DNA of 64,000 nucleotides from the NCBI GenBank assembly GCA_002269645.1, contig NIVC01000757.1, positions 148,298 to 212,297 on the forward strand, read 5' to 3'. This DNA is from Macrostomum lignano. Taxonomy: Eukaryota. Shown in pieces: positions 14,451 to 28,200 of the stretch. The translations under genes were made by a program, and so were the position numbers. The notes under the pieces are model-generated. The model searched no databases. It was not told where the DNA came from and saw only the letters and a program-made list of their open reading frames with translations. The stretch's first letter is position 1. The number at the start of each line of letters is the position of its first letter.

Positions 14451-16519
14451 GATGGTTTTCTATTTATTCGACCGATTGAAGTATACACAACGTGTACGTG
14501 TATTCGAGCTACGCTGGTAGTGTAGTTGTTTGTCTAGTATAGTTTATACATGTGTATACTGTATGTACATGTAGTCTCACAATCTCATCAAAAGCTAGAC
14601 ATTTTATTTCTTTGGTTAGTAATCGTGGGGATATTAGATCCACATGCAGCTATATCGTCATTCAGTCAAGTTATGAACCCAGTCATACAAAATACTCGTA
14701 TCTTGTCAGTCAAGTTGAGAATCCCAACTGACAAAGCAACATTGAAAAAAGTCGCCACTCTATGCGCCAGTGAGCTAGCTTCTAGCTTGGACTATTCTGA
14801 AATAAAAGATACGAGAAAACTGAGGCGTAGCTTTAATCCGTCCAACTCTCGCACACCGCGATCCCCTTCCCCCACTTCATTCCTCAACCCAAGTCGTCTT
14901 GTGGCGTATAGCTATAAGTTGCGTCACTCGCAAGATTGAGAGACAGTGCAGAGACAGTCGAAGCTTATAGGGACGGAGCTTATGGAGGGGGAGGCCGGTA
15001 GAGGCGGACTTGTGGGAGGGAGGAGTTTGTGGGAGGGAGGACTTCTCACTCACAATTCAACCCTCGAGTTACGCAAATAAGTCGCCGCGAGTGAATCAAT
15101 AATAAACGTCAGTCGAGCAAAATCAACACAGTTTTTTTTGCAATATGCAGTTAGAATCACAAATGCTTAAGAACGATCCCTCGCACGCTGAAGTGCGGCG
15201 ACTCTGCGGGGCATCCCCAGGATGAGGCGGCGCAGAAAGTCCTGGGAAAGCTGCTGCCAAGCGTTTTCAATGGCATGACGCAGCTCCGCAACATTCTGAT
15301 GGGTTCGGCCTTTTTAAGCCTGTAGCTCTGGGCCTCAGAACTCAGAAATGAATCACTTAGAACTCTGGCTTCTCACTCCTGTCAGATGGTCAGCCCCGTG
15401 GTAGCAAGATTGTGGGCGAGCAGCAAGGTCCTATAGCTAAGAGAAGACAGCGAGAGACAAGCAGGGAGAATTTGAAAGGTAGAAGAAATTAGCTAACCGG
15501 CAGGCTAACTAACCCGCTGCCACCAGTCCGTGCGCCCCGGCTCACCAAACCAGAGCTATCGAAATCGGACTTCCGACTAGAGGGGCATTGCACTTACCTG
15601 TCATCTAGTGTCTTTTAGCTGTCTATCTCGAAGTCATAGTCGAATAGAAGGGACGCTGCTGGGACTAAGATCGCATTGGCCATGCAGGGACAGAGAGGAC
15701 TTCTGCAGGGAGTTCTTGCGCTGGCGAGCCTCATACACTACTAAATGTACTACTTCATTACCAAATTTCCAGAAGTACATGTATAAGTACACGTAACTGC
15801 ACACGTTTGGCACTAAATGTGTTAACACGTCGACAGATAGCGATGATCGCAATAAGTGAAAAATTCATTTCGCTTGGAGGGTGGAACTTTTGACTGTTGC
15901 TGAGTATGTTGTTACATACATGTACAGTTTTGCGGCCAGGGGCGATTGTCGCACACGTCAAGGGACACTCGTACATGTATCCATGCCATCGAATGGCTCA
16001 GAACTTTCGTAGTGCCCCTCATACATCTGGACAAGGATCCATGCCCGAATGACCAGCTACATGTATTCCCTGCACACCGGAGGCGCCGTGGAAACAAGGC
16101 GGCCCAATCAGCTACTCAGCCCAATTTAAAAGCTGTGTTTGCAGCTCCCGTGAGATAGCAGCTGCATTATAGAGAAAATGATGGGGCTGCCGCCAGTAGT
16201 CAGGAATTAAAATTAACGCCACTCTCTCAGTTTCGGCTCTCCATGCATTAACGGTGAGAGCAAATTGAACGTCGTTTTTGAATGATTTTGAGCGTACTTC
16301 TTTTTCATGCTCAATTTCAGTATCAGTTTAGTTTCAATTTAAAACACTTGCCTCGTTTTGAGGCCTGTTAACCAGTTCCAAGGTCTACTACTTATCTCAA
16401 TGTAAATGCAAATTCTCAGGCTTTCTTTTTAGTGTGTTTTAGGCATATTTAGACGGCCACTCCGACATGGTACATGTAATTGGATTGAGCCTTGAAAGTA
16501 CTCAGCAACATTATACATA

Positions 16520-17681
16520 AAGTGGCGCACAATGAATTAAGACCACCTAACACAAATTCGAACTTTTAGTTTCATAACCTTCACAGATTGCGGAAGCATT
16601 TAATCTAATCAGTTATAGATAACCGTGGTATCAATCAGTCAAATTATGGTTATGTGTTGTGTAATTACTCACAATTGAGTCTGTTTAATTGAAGTCCTTA
16701 TCTAACAATCGAATTTGATAAGTCACACAGTAATAAGATCACTTAATTAATTGGGCTAAAAGGTGCTACAACAGTGGCCCTGCTGATTCCAAAGTCCAAA
16801 ACATCCAAGTCCAAGTCCAAAACATCAAATTCAATACAACTCCAAGCAAAAATGATCTCGAACTCTCCTAGAATGGGAAAGGCAAAGCTCTATCGCCTGA
16901 ATCGTGTAGGGAAATCAGGGCCCTGTTCGACCAAGGAGTTTCCCAGCGTGCCAAAGTCACGTACGCAGAAAACGTGCGTCCAGCAAGCACTCAGGCGCCA
17001 CAGCAGCACTGGCAAAACAGGCTGTGCCTCAAGACCTGGCAGGGCACCGAAAACTGACCACCGATTGGATCGGCGAATTGTGCGAATGCCCGAGTCCAAC
17101 CGTCGGCTATACCGCAGTGGACATCAGCCGTGAACTTCAGGTGTCCAGTGGTGTCCAGCTGCACCCCATGACTGTCTGCCGCCGTCTGGTAGCTGCCGGA
17201 CTGCATGGCCGCATTGCTAGGAAGAAGCCATTTATCTCCGACAAAAACCGGAAGCGGCGCTTGAACTGGGCGAAGCAACATGCAGCTCTACACCCCAGGA
17301 CTGGGGCCAAGGTCATCTGGAGTGATAAGAGCAAATTTTCCCGCACTGGTTCTGATGGTCGCCGGATATGTGCGCCACCGAGCTGGTGAGGAATTCGATT
17401 CCAGGTGCCCCGTTGGTTCCTTGAAGCATGGAGATGGCAATTTCATGGTGTGGGCTGCATTCTCCAGAGCTGGACCCGGGCCAATAACTCGCATTGAGGG
17501 CATCATGGACAGAGGCTGTAGATGCGCTGCCATGCACTGAATGCAGAGAACAGCTGCCAGTTTAAGCAGGACAACGATCCGAAGCACAACTCCAAGGCTG
17601 TGAAGACATGGCTTGCTGAGAACAACATCCGCACCATGGACTGGCAATCCGATTGAGAATCTGTGCAACTGGGTCGAGCGG
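16520..17681 (+). mobile_element. Tc1/mariner (DD34E-type) transposon, frameshifted and 3'-truncated
   Basis: TA followed by a Tc1-like TIR (A)AGTGGCGCACAATGAATTAAGACCACC. Transposase fragments across frames: RPGRAPKT, ARKKPFIS..NRKRRLNWAKQH, VIWSDKSKF, KHGDGNFMVWAAFS, FKQDNDPKH, NPIENL. No right TIR. Confidence 0.93.
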
Positions 17682-20600
17682 GACTGGGTTCATAACTTGA
17701 CTGAATGACGATATAGCTGCATGTGGATCTAATATCCCCACGATTACTAACCAAAGAAATAAAATGTCTAGCTTTTGATGAGATTGTGAGACTACATGTA
17801 CATACCGTATACACATGTATAAACTATACTAGACAAACAACTACACTACCAGCGTAGCTCGAATACACGTACACGTTGTGTATACTTCAATCGGTCGAAT
17901 AAATAGAAAACCATCCTCCATCAACTCCGCCCCTTCGACCCCCCTCCATCAGCTCCACCCCTATCGCCCCCCTCCAACAGGTCCGCCCGTACCGCCCCCA
18001 TCATCTCCGCCCCTACCGCCCCCCATCAGCTCCACCCCTACCGCCCCCAATCAGCTCCACCCCTACCGCCCCCCATCAGCTCCGCCCCTACCGCCCCCCA
18101 TCAGCTCCGCCCCTACCGCCCCCCATCAGCTCCGCCCCTACCGCCCCCATCAGCTCCACCCCTACCGCCCCCATCAGCTCCGCCCCTACCGCCCCCCATC
18201 AGCTCCACCCCTACCGACTCCCATCAGCTCCGCCCCTACCGCCCCCCATCAGCTCCGCCTCTTCAAAAGCTCCGCCGCTACCGCCCCCCATCAGCTCCGC
18301 CCCAACGCCTCCCTCCATCAGCTCTTCTACGACAAAGTAATGGTTAAACACAGCGTGCAGCTCTAAGACAGCGAATATACAGTTATCAACAAATCATTCT
18401 CTAGGAAACTTGATCGACACAAATAATTGGCACCAGTATGGCTTTCGACTATGTAAACGAGACTTGCGCCAATTCAAATAGGACGCCATACGAGATCTTT
18501 GCGAGTATTGCAAGACAACAGTGGCAGAAAAAGACTAGAGTGGGAAGTGAGTTGCTTGCTTCCTATTCAGGTTAGTATTTTGCGTTGGTCTAACTTAAGC
18601 CTGGGGCACAGACTGTGGTCAGGGGAAGAGCAGGGAAAGTGGAAGTAGGAAAAGTGACTCCAATTTTATTTACGTACCAAGATTTCCTTGGTTCTATCCG
18701 CGATCCGAAGATCAAATATACTAAGTCTGCGGAGCTCAGTCTGCTTTCCATATACTCGTACCTTTGCTTGAGGAGCATTTGGATCAGTGAGGAGTCTGGC
18801 TAAAGTCTCGTTTCGATTGCCAAAAGCGATACAGTATTACATTACAATGTATTTCAAGCGATTAAAATGATCATTGCGCTATAAGTTGCATACAGATTCA
18901 TATTGGGGCCACACAATGTGACATTATTGGCACAATGTTACGTCAATAAATGCAGAAGTATAGTATATAGTTGTAATACAGAAAAGCGACAATAGTTAGA
19001 TAATGACATTGGAAATTGAATTTCGCGATAGTATTACACCAACGCCACACGGCATTAACGCCGAACGAAAATGCACGGACTTGAAAGTAAACGATTTGCT
19101 TGGTTGCGTCGGAATTAAATCAGTAAATCAGTAAGAAGCATACGCTTTTTAAATTGCGAGTACCCGGTATGCACCATCACAGTTCGCAGCTGGGCAAATT
19201 ATTCTGAAGAGAAGAAGAATTACGATTTTATTCGCAGAGCTACGAGAAGGGGAGCCGCCGGGGGAGGAGGGGTAAGGGAAAGAGGAGGGTATAAAAGGCT
19301 ATTTAAAAACACTGTAGCAGACGGGTTATGCATGACACAGTAAGTAAAACAGAGGAGGGAAGAGCGTAACGAAGGCATAACCAAGGAGAGTAGAGGGTGG
19401 GCGCTGGAGTGGAGGAGAGGGAGGGCGCTGTAGTGGAGGAGAGAGAGGGCGCTGGAGTGGAGGAGAGGGTGGGCGCTGGAGTGGAGGAGAGGGAGGGCGC
19501 TGGAGTGGAGGAGAGAGTGGGCGCTGGAGTGGAGGAGAGGGAGGGCGCTGGAGTGGAGGAGAGAGAGGGCGCTGGAGTGGAGGAGAGGGAGGGCGCTGGA
19601 GTGGAGGAGAGGGAGGGCGCTGTAGTGGAGGAGAGGGAGGGCGCTGGAGTGGAGGAGAGGGAGGGCGCTGGAGTGGAGGAGAGGGAGGGCGCTGTAGTGG
19701 AGGAGAGGGAGGGCGCTGGAGTGGAGGAGAGGGAGGGCGCTGGAGTGGAGGAGAGGGTGGGCGCTGGAGTGGCGGAGAGGGAGGGCGCTGTAGTGGAGGA
19801 GAGAGAGGGCGCTGGAGTGGAGGAGAGGGTGGGCGCTGAAGTGGAGGAGAGGGAGGGCGCTGGAGTGGAGGAGAGGGTGGGCGCTGGAGTGGCGGAGAGG
19901 GAGGGCGCTGTAGTGGAGGAGAGGGAGGGCGCTGGAGTGGAGGAGAGAGAGGGCGCTGGAGTGGAGGAGAGAGAGGGCGCTGGAGTGGAGGAGAGAGAGG
20001 GCGCTGGAGTGGAGGAGAGAGAGGGCGCTGTAGTGGAGGAGAGAGAGGGCGCTGGAGTGGAGGAGAGAGAGGGCGCTGGAGTGGAGGAGAGAGAGGGCGC
20101 TGGAGTGGAGGAGAGGGAGGGCGCTGGAGTGGAGGAGAGAGAGGGCGCTGGAGTGGAGGAGAGGGAGGGCGCTGGAGTGGAGGAGAGGGAGGGCGCTGAA
20201 GTGGAGGAGAGGGAGGGCGCTGGAGTGGAGGAGAGGGAGGGCGCTGGAGTGGAGGAGAGAGAGGGCGCTGGAGTGGAGGAGAGAGAGGGCGCTGAAGTGG
20301 AGGAGAGGGAGGGCGCTGGAGTGGAGGAGAGGGAGGGCGCTGGAGTGGAGGAGAGGGAGGGCGCTGGAGTGGAGGAGAGGGAGGGCGCTGGAGTGGAGGA
20401 GAGAGAGGGCGCTGGAGTGGAGGAGAGGGTGGGGGCTGATGGGAGAAGAGGGTGGGCGCTGGAGGGGAGTAGAGGATGGGGGCTGGAAAGTAAAGGAAGA
20501 GAGGGTAGGGGCTAGAGAGGGGGAGGCGCTGGAGGTGGAAAGAGGGGATAGTAGAGGCTGGATAGCGCGGATAGTATAACGCGGGAAGGAGAAGTATAGG

Positions 20601-22701
20601 AAAAGCAGGAGGGTATGGAGAGTATAGGGAGGGCATGGAGGGTATAGGGATGGTATGGAGGGTATATGGAGGGTATGAATGGGTATAGAAGGGTATGGAG
20701 AGTATAGGGAGAGTATGGAGGGTATATGGAGGGTATGAATGGGTATAGAAGGGTATGGAGGGCATAAGGGGTACAAGGACGATATGGAAGTTAAAGGGAG
20801 GGCATGAAGAGTATACGGAGGGCATAAGGGGTACAGGGAGGGTATGGAGGGTATAGAAAGGGTATAAATGGGTATAGGAATGGTATGGAGGGTATAGGGA
20901 GGGCATAAGGGATATAAGGAGGTATGGAGGGTGTAGAGAGGTATGGATGGATATAGGAAGAGTATAGAGAGATATGGATGGGTATAGGAAGGATATGGAG
21001 GACACATTGAGGGAGGGTATTAAGGGTATAGAGGGTATAGGAAGGGTATGGAAGGTATAGGAAGGGTATGGAGGGTATAAGAAGGGTATGGAGGGTATAG
21101 CGAGGGTATGGAGGGTATAGCGAGGGTATGGAGGTACAAGGAGGGTATATAGGGAGGGTATAAATGGGTATAAGGAGAGTATAGAGAGATATAGGGAGAG
21201 TATACAGAGTATAGGAAGGTATGGAGTGTACAGAGGGTATATAAAGAGCATTAGGGTATAGGGAAAGGGTATGGAGGATGTAGAGAAATAAAGATGTGTA
21301 TATGAAGAGTATGGAAGGTACAGGGAGAATATAGGAAGGGTATAGAAGGTATATAATTCTGCATCTAAAAAAATTGTTTCTTGGGTAAAAAAACAAAGCA
21401 AATTAGCAAACCTATTAAAAAATAACTAGTCATTATTCCCTTAAGCTATGTTAGCTATGGAAATTTTGCATTTAAAACAATTTCACCTATAGACTATTTT
21501 ATCCCTAAGCCAATTTGGTCATAGATTATTTAAACAATTTTAATTACCAATCCAAGGCAACAAATATTAATTAACAAAACTAGCATATAAACATAGATTT
21601 ATATTATAAGTAACCATTAAATTTTATAATTTTTTAGAACTATAATATGAAAATGGTTAAATAACATAATCTTACCTAATGCTATATAAATATATAGATA
21701 TATCATAATTAAATAATAATATAACCTTGTATAGGCCTAGCTATACTAGGCCTAGACTTTGATAAAATAAATGTTTGCAGGAAAGAAAAGTCTAGATACA
21801 AAATATCTATGATTATGGCCACAATAATTTTGGGGCAAAAACAAAATTTAAATAACAAAAATGAGAATTTAGTCAAAACATTCTTATTTTATAAATGTAG
21901 GCCTGGCCTAATGGACTTTTTTATGCTAGAAATTAACAATTTAATTTTTGTTTGGTTTTAAAAAATAAAATGCTTTGATATTAAAAGCTTATTATTATCC
22001 CCATGCTCCATGCATTAAAACTTGATTTATTTGGTAGGCCTATATTTAATGATCAATGTGCTTCCCAACCCCATCAAGTTTGATTTTAATTTTTCTAGGC
22101 CTAGGCCCCTATGCCAATTGTTAAATAGGTTGTAAATTAGGCCTATCAAATAAAAAATCAAAGTACCTTAGTAATCTGCAATCACCCCATTCCAAATTTT
22201 CTGGATCCCAATCTGAAATGAAACCAATAGAATAGGTCTAGTCTAGTCTAGTCAGTGTGGCAGAACCAGGTAGTAGGCCTAACGATGATGATATGATATA
22301 TTTTAATGATATTCTGACAATCCATCTATCTAGGCTAGGCCCCTAAGTCATATCTAATATCCATATCTGTATTTTAGGGATCGCAGTCGCAGTCAGCTCA
22401 AACAAGCCTGCTGCTGGCACTTGTACTCAAAATTAAGCATCTCTGTAACTAATAATAACTAACTCTGTACAGTGAAATGTATTTAACTCCCGTTTTTTTT
22501 TATAAACGAATAGAAAGCAATACTATTCAGTTGTGATTAGGCTACAATATTGAATTTTGACGGTACTAGTTTGTTTGTCATTGTGCAGGCAATATGTACG
22601 AGTATCCAGCATGCAGTAAAGGCAACCAGCATGCAGGATATGCATGTTTATCGTACCTAAAATTGTGCTGAATTCGCGTATAAACTGCTGACACGGGTGT
22701 A
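17682..22701. repeat. Right arm of long inverted repeat
   Basis: Near-identical to the left arm apart from a few SNPs, one deletion/insertion scar at 22441-22453 and different minisatellite copy numbers. Confidence 0.97.
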
Positions 22702-23349
22702 TTAATAATTTAATTTTATAATGAAAACGAGAATATAAAAAATAATAACAATATTTATAATAATAATTAAAGATATTTATTCCATTACTCGTACAACAAA
22801 TTGTTTTCTTTGCAATCAAATACTGCATTGACAAAAAATGTTATAATGTGTAGCGGTGCGTGTTTCATGTTTCATGTGCGGTGCGTGTTGCGGTGTGTGC
22901 TATATTCGGCGTCTGGGTGCGTAGTGCATTACGGACAAACAAATCTAAGCGTCTTGATATGTGCTATGGTATGTGCATTTAGAGGTGCCATTCATTTTGA
23001 CGAAGGTTTACATGTATTTTGACGAAAGCAAGTTAACAACTATCGTTCACTCACATAACAGAAAAAGCGCATCTTAGGCCCAATACGTCTCACTCACCCA
23101 CCCGGCCCGCTCACCGGTTCCTCTCTCGCGGCCTTGTCGTCCCCATCTCACCCCTCCCCCAGCACCATCCAATAACATGGCGAGCCAAATTCCTCCCCCT
23201 AGCTCCCCCAAGTGTGGCGGTCTTGGTGTGTGGCGGTCTTGGTCCTACACCAATTCTTGTATGCAATAAGGTCCTAAAAACTCCTAAGCAGTCTATTGTC
23301 TATAATATATAGTGTATCAAGGAATAAGCAAAGTTTTTTAATGTTTTGC

Positions 23350-23687
23350 AGTGGTAGATTTAGAGTTTCATATTGGAGGGGTAGTAGTCTAAGTTTGGGG
23401 TGCCAATGCAATTATAAAGGGCATCAATTTTTAAGCTAAGGAGTGCAAAAATGTGTGTAGGGCCTAGAGAGTAAAAAATCAAGCTTAATAAGGGTGCAAA
23501 AAATACATGTAAGGGGTAAAAAATAAAGTTTAGGGGCACTAAAAAGGCATTTGGAGGCAAAAAAATCAATCAAATTTAGTAGGTGCAAATTTAGGTTTTC
23601 AGGGGGTGCAATATGTTCTACTTCTATCAAGCTATTTTGGGAAGGGGGTGTTTGCCTCCCTGCCCCCCCCTTATATCTGCCCTTGAT
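23350..23687. mobile_element. Degenerate MITE with CAGTGG-type ends
   Basis: CAGTGGTAGATTTAG at the left end; CCCCCCTTATATCTGCCCTTG at the right end. Confidence 0.4.
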
Positions 23688-25283
23688 GCTTTGTAGCTTG
23701 CAGGATGCTGACCAATTTAGTAATACAAACAAATTTAGCAACAAATATTCACTGTAAACAAAATTGGCAGAGAAAAATTTAGCAACAATCTAGACAAAGA
23801 GCAATTGAGTATAATTCGATTAATTCAATTATAATGATATTGATCAATGAATATTAGCTTTTCCTTTTAATTAAATTTGTTTTATCTATTATTATTTTTT
23901 ATGCTTTCTAAATGTGCTTTTATTAGGCATTGCTACCACTATGAGTATTAAGGTAGGCCTATATGTATTATGCCAAATAGTAATTTTTGGGTTTGATTTT
24001 TTTATTAAATTATTTATTTTTGAAAAGAGTAGGTCTATTTTATAATAACAAAAAATATTTATGGTATTTCTAATTAACATATAGTTAACAAATCATTACT
24101 TACTATATTAGCATTTCAATTAATATAAAAATTGAGAAGTATGTGATTTTTTGTTTGTCTATTTTTTTCCATAGCTTGTCTATTGAATTATTCAAACTTT
24201 TAAACAAAAAAGCAGATAAACAAAAAAGGATATATTTGCTTGATTATTATATTTATCAAAATGCTAAGGCCTAGCAAAACCTAAAACACCTAGTAATAAC
24301 CTAGTTTTTTAGGTTTTAAGTTAAAATGATTTTAAATGATTTTACACAAAGTTATAGGTTTAAATAAAAGAATAATAAATAGTTTCAAAAAAAAATTATT
24401 CTTGTTTGTTTTGATTTTTTATCTATCTATAGTCTTATTCCCTAACTAAAGTCACTAAAGTCTAGAAGTTAGATGGGATCACAATCTCAAGCTTTTAGGA
24501 TCCCAAAGAAAATTGGATTTTGGCAAGATCACAATCCTAACCCTAAAAATGGGAATTGGGAACATGTCTTTTGAATTAAAATTTATAGAATTCTCAAATG
24601 ATTACTTGAATACATTTTTTAACTTATACTTGTTACATAATTACTTTGTTGGTTACAAAATTTGCATCTATTCTATTGTGTTTTACCTTATCATCTTAGT
24701 ATTGTTTGTTCAGCTTTGTTCAACTCTATATGGACCTACAAACTATATTACACTAAAACACCTAATCCTAATTCCCAAATCTCAATCCTGATTCTTGAAT
24801 CCCAATCCTGATTCTAAGAAAAAAATCCTTATCCCAATCCTACCTAACAATTTCAATCCTATCCGATCTCTACTAAGTCCTCAGCTCTTGTTAAGATTTT
24901 CTATACTTAATGCTGCCTTGAGTTGATAATCTATGAAAATAAAATATAATATAACAATAAGGTTCAATCTGCAATAGTTAGTTTAATATATTGGAATTAT
25001 TTAAAGTATTTCTGCAAGTCTATTTCTTAGTAATTCTTAATAAAGCATATTTTTTAAGTCTTTATCTGTAGTATCTTTATCCTTATATGTTTAAATACTG
25101 ATAGTTTAAACAATTTCCTTGCTTTAGATCTAGTCTAGAGTTGTATTAAAGCTGCCACTTGTTAGCCATTGGTTTTGGGTTAAAAACTAATATGTTCCTA
25201 AGGTATATATAGGCTATATTTAAAAATTACAAATAGAATAACTTCATTAAAATGTCATTGCATGCTCTATTAAACAATCACAT

Positions 25284-28200
25284 ATGACTTATGGCACAAT
25301 ACATTTGGTTGGAAACTTGGCCTCCATATTCTCAATTCTTTCTTACCTGCCTGGACTGTAAGTTAACATGTCTGTCTACTGTCTACTTTGAGTCTATTAA
25401 AGAAATGCACTTTGTTGTGTTTACATATTATTTTTAAATTACTGATATTAATAAATTATACAATACTAACCATCATTTTAGTAAGATAATGCGAGATATA
25501 ATTCTAAGCAAGTCTTCTGAGTCCTACTCACTGTTTCCTTATGTTGCAATGCTGGCTAGGTGAGTTTTTTAGTTTTTATCTTCCAACTTTTATCCGATTG
25601 CATCACTCGAAATTGCTGCTTATATTTTTTAGTTCCTCTGTTTGGCTAAAGTATGGTCTAGTCAGAGAGGACTTCCCACTGATCACTGTCAGTTGCTTCA
25701 GTTTGTCAATTCAGACTACTATTTTGTTTGTGTTCTACTTGTTTGCAAGGCATCGGGTAAGTCACTGGCTTGCTTGCTTGTGTAACTCTCACCTGCTACA
25801 TCCTCCGTTTCTAAGCCAGCCTCCCAGATCCTCAGTTGCTGGGCCAGCCTCCCAGAGTGTCAGTTGCTGGGCCAGCCTCCCATAGTGCTAGTTGCTGGGC
25901 CAGCCTACCCCAGATCCTCAGTTGCTGGGCCAGTCTCTCAGATCCTCAGTTTCCGTGCTAGTCTCTAGATCCTCAGTTGCTGGCCCAGCCTCCCAGATCC
26001 TCAGTTGTTGGGCTAGCCTCTCAGATTCTCAGTTGCTGGGCCAGCCTCTCAGATCCTCAGTTGCTGGGCCAGCCTCCCAGATCCCCAGTTTCTGGGCCAG
26101 CCTCCCAGATCCCCAGTTGCTGGGCCAGCCTCCCAGATCCTCAGTTGCTGGGTCAGCCTCCCAGATCCTCAGTTGCTGGCCCAGCCTCCCAGATCCTCAG
26201 TTGCTGGGCCAGCCTCCCCCAGATCCTCAGTTGCTGGGCCAGCCTCTCAGAGCCCCAGTTTCTGGGCCAGCCTCCCAGATCCTCAGTTGCTGGGCCAGCC
26301 TCCCAGATCCTCAGTTGCTGGGCCAGCCTCCCAGATCCTCAGTTGCTGGGCCAGCCTCTCAGATTCTCAGTTGCTGGGCCAGCCTCCCAGATTCTCAGTT
26401 GCTGGGCCAGCCTCTCAGATTCTCAGTTGCTGGGCCAGCCTCCCACAGTGTCAGTTGCTGGGCCAGCCTCCCAGATCCTCAGTTGCTGGGCCAGCCTTCC
26501 AGATCCTCAGTTGCTGGGCCAGCCTCCCAGATCCTCAGTTGCTGGGCCAGTCGCCCAGATCCCCAGTTGCTGGGCCAGCCTCCCAGATCCTCAGTTGTTG
26601 GGCTAGCCTCTCAGATTCTCAGTTGCTGGGCCAGCCTCTCAGATCCTCAGTTGCTGGGCCAGCCTCTCAGAGCCCCAGTTTCTGGGCCAGCCTCCCAGAT
26701 CCTCAGTTGCTGGGCCAGCCTCCCAGATCCTCAGTTGCTGGGCCAGCCTCACAGATCCTCAGTTGCTGGGCCAGCATCCCAGATCCTCAGTTGCTGGGCC
26801 AGCCTCTCAGATTCTCAGTTGTTCGGCCAGCCTCCCAGATCCCCAGTTGCTGGGCCAGCCGCCCAGATCTACAGTTTTTGGACTTTGAGTAATCCTTAGT
26901 CCTTGAATAATGATGGTAATAATATTTTACTAATAACGATACTAATAATCGTTTATTGTGAGCGTTCAAGAGTATTGCCCCGTTGCCCATTCTCCTTTCC
27001 CAGGGTGCAATTCATTTTCAGCTGCTGCTCTGCATGCTGATGGTGTTCCCCGTGTTATCCTATGTTCGCTATTCGCCAAATCTCGATTTAGCCATTGAAC
27101 ATTTGGGTGTTTATTGCACGGCCGTGTCAATCGTCTCCTACGGCTCACCACTCTCTGCTATGGTAAGAATTTTATTTATGATCCATGTATGCACACACAC
27201 TTAATGTGACCTCGTTCGAAATGGAACCCTGGGTACTGTGACGCTGGGTTCTTGGCGTCACAATCACGCTGCTATTTCAGTCAGCTAATGCCAGCTGGAT
27301 TACATCAAATTCGGACAATTTATAGTAGTAATAAAACAGGACTTTGTTACAAGTAACCGGCGAGAGGCATTGCTGCACATCCTTTCGACTCCCCTGAGTG
27401 AGTTAGGCACACAAGCGCGTGATTACGTACGCAGTCATACTCATGCGCACAGGCACACAGTCACGCAGGAGTGTACAGCGGCCCTAACTTTTATATATCA
27501 CTCGTAAGGCTTGTACACTTCACTGCGCATTGTTGGGGGGTTGCCGTTTTTCTGTCTTATCGTAATGTGCACGCCTACGGCCTGTTGTCGCGACTTTGTT
27601 AGTCATATTTTTAGTACATCTGCTTTCGTCTCTGTTTACTCTGTTTACTCCGTCTCTGTTTTTCGTCTCTGTTATTAACTTATTCTTATCTCTCCCTTCC
27701 TGCCTACTTCAGTCTTGTTATTCTTATCTCTCCCTTCCTGCCTACTTCAGTCTTGTTATTCTTATCTCTCCCTTCCTGCCTACTTCAGTCTTGTTATTCT
27801 TATCTCTCCCTTCCTGCCCATTTCAGTCTTGTTATTCTTATCTTTCCTTTCCTGCCCACTTCAGTCTTGTTATTCTTATCTCTCCCTTCCTGCCCATTTC
27901 AATCTTGTTATTCTTATCTCTCCCTTCCTGCCCATTTCAGTCTTGTTATTCTTATCTCTCCCTTCCTGCCCATTTCAATCTTGTTATTCTTATCTCTCCC
28001 TTCCTGCCCATTTCAATCTTGTTATTCTTATCTCTCCCTTCCTGCCCATTTCAGTCTTGTTATTCTTATCTCTCCCCTCCTGCCCATTTCAGTCTTGTTA
28101 TTCTTATCTCTGTCCCTTCCTGCCCACTTCAGTCTTGTTATTCTTATCTCTCCCTTCCTGCCCACTTCAGTCTTGTTATTCTTATCTCTCTCCCTCTTTG

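Noticed and set aside
13415-14488. Proline-rich 357-aa ORF (mirror 17878-18366)
   Set aside because: Translation of a C-rich minisatellite whose length differs between arms.
15960-16070. Homology with 57480-57600 (shared AAGGATCCATGC and GCCATCGAA)
   Set aside because: Only two short words with different spacing; compatible with chance.
25892-26899. Long ORFs across the 28-bp arrays (also 40431-40946, 41699-42098)
   Set aside because: Repeat translations lying in introns or intergenic DNA defined by phase-consistent exons.
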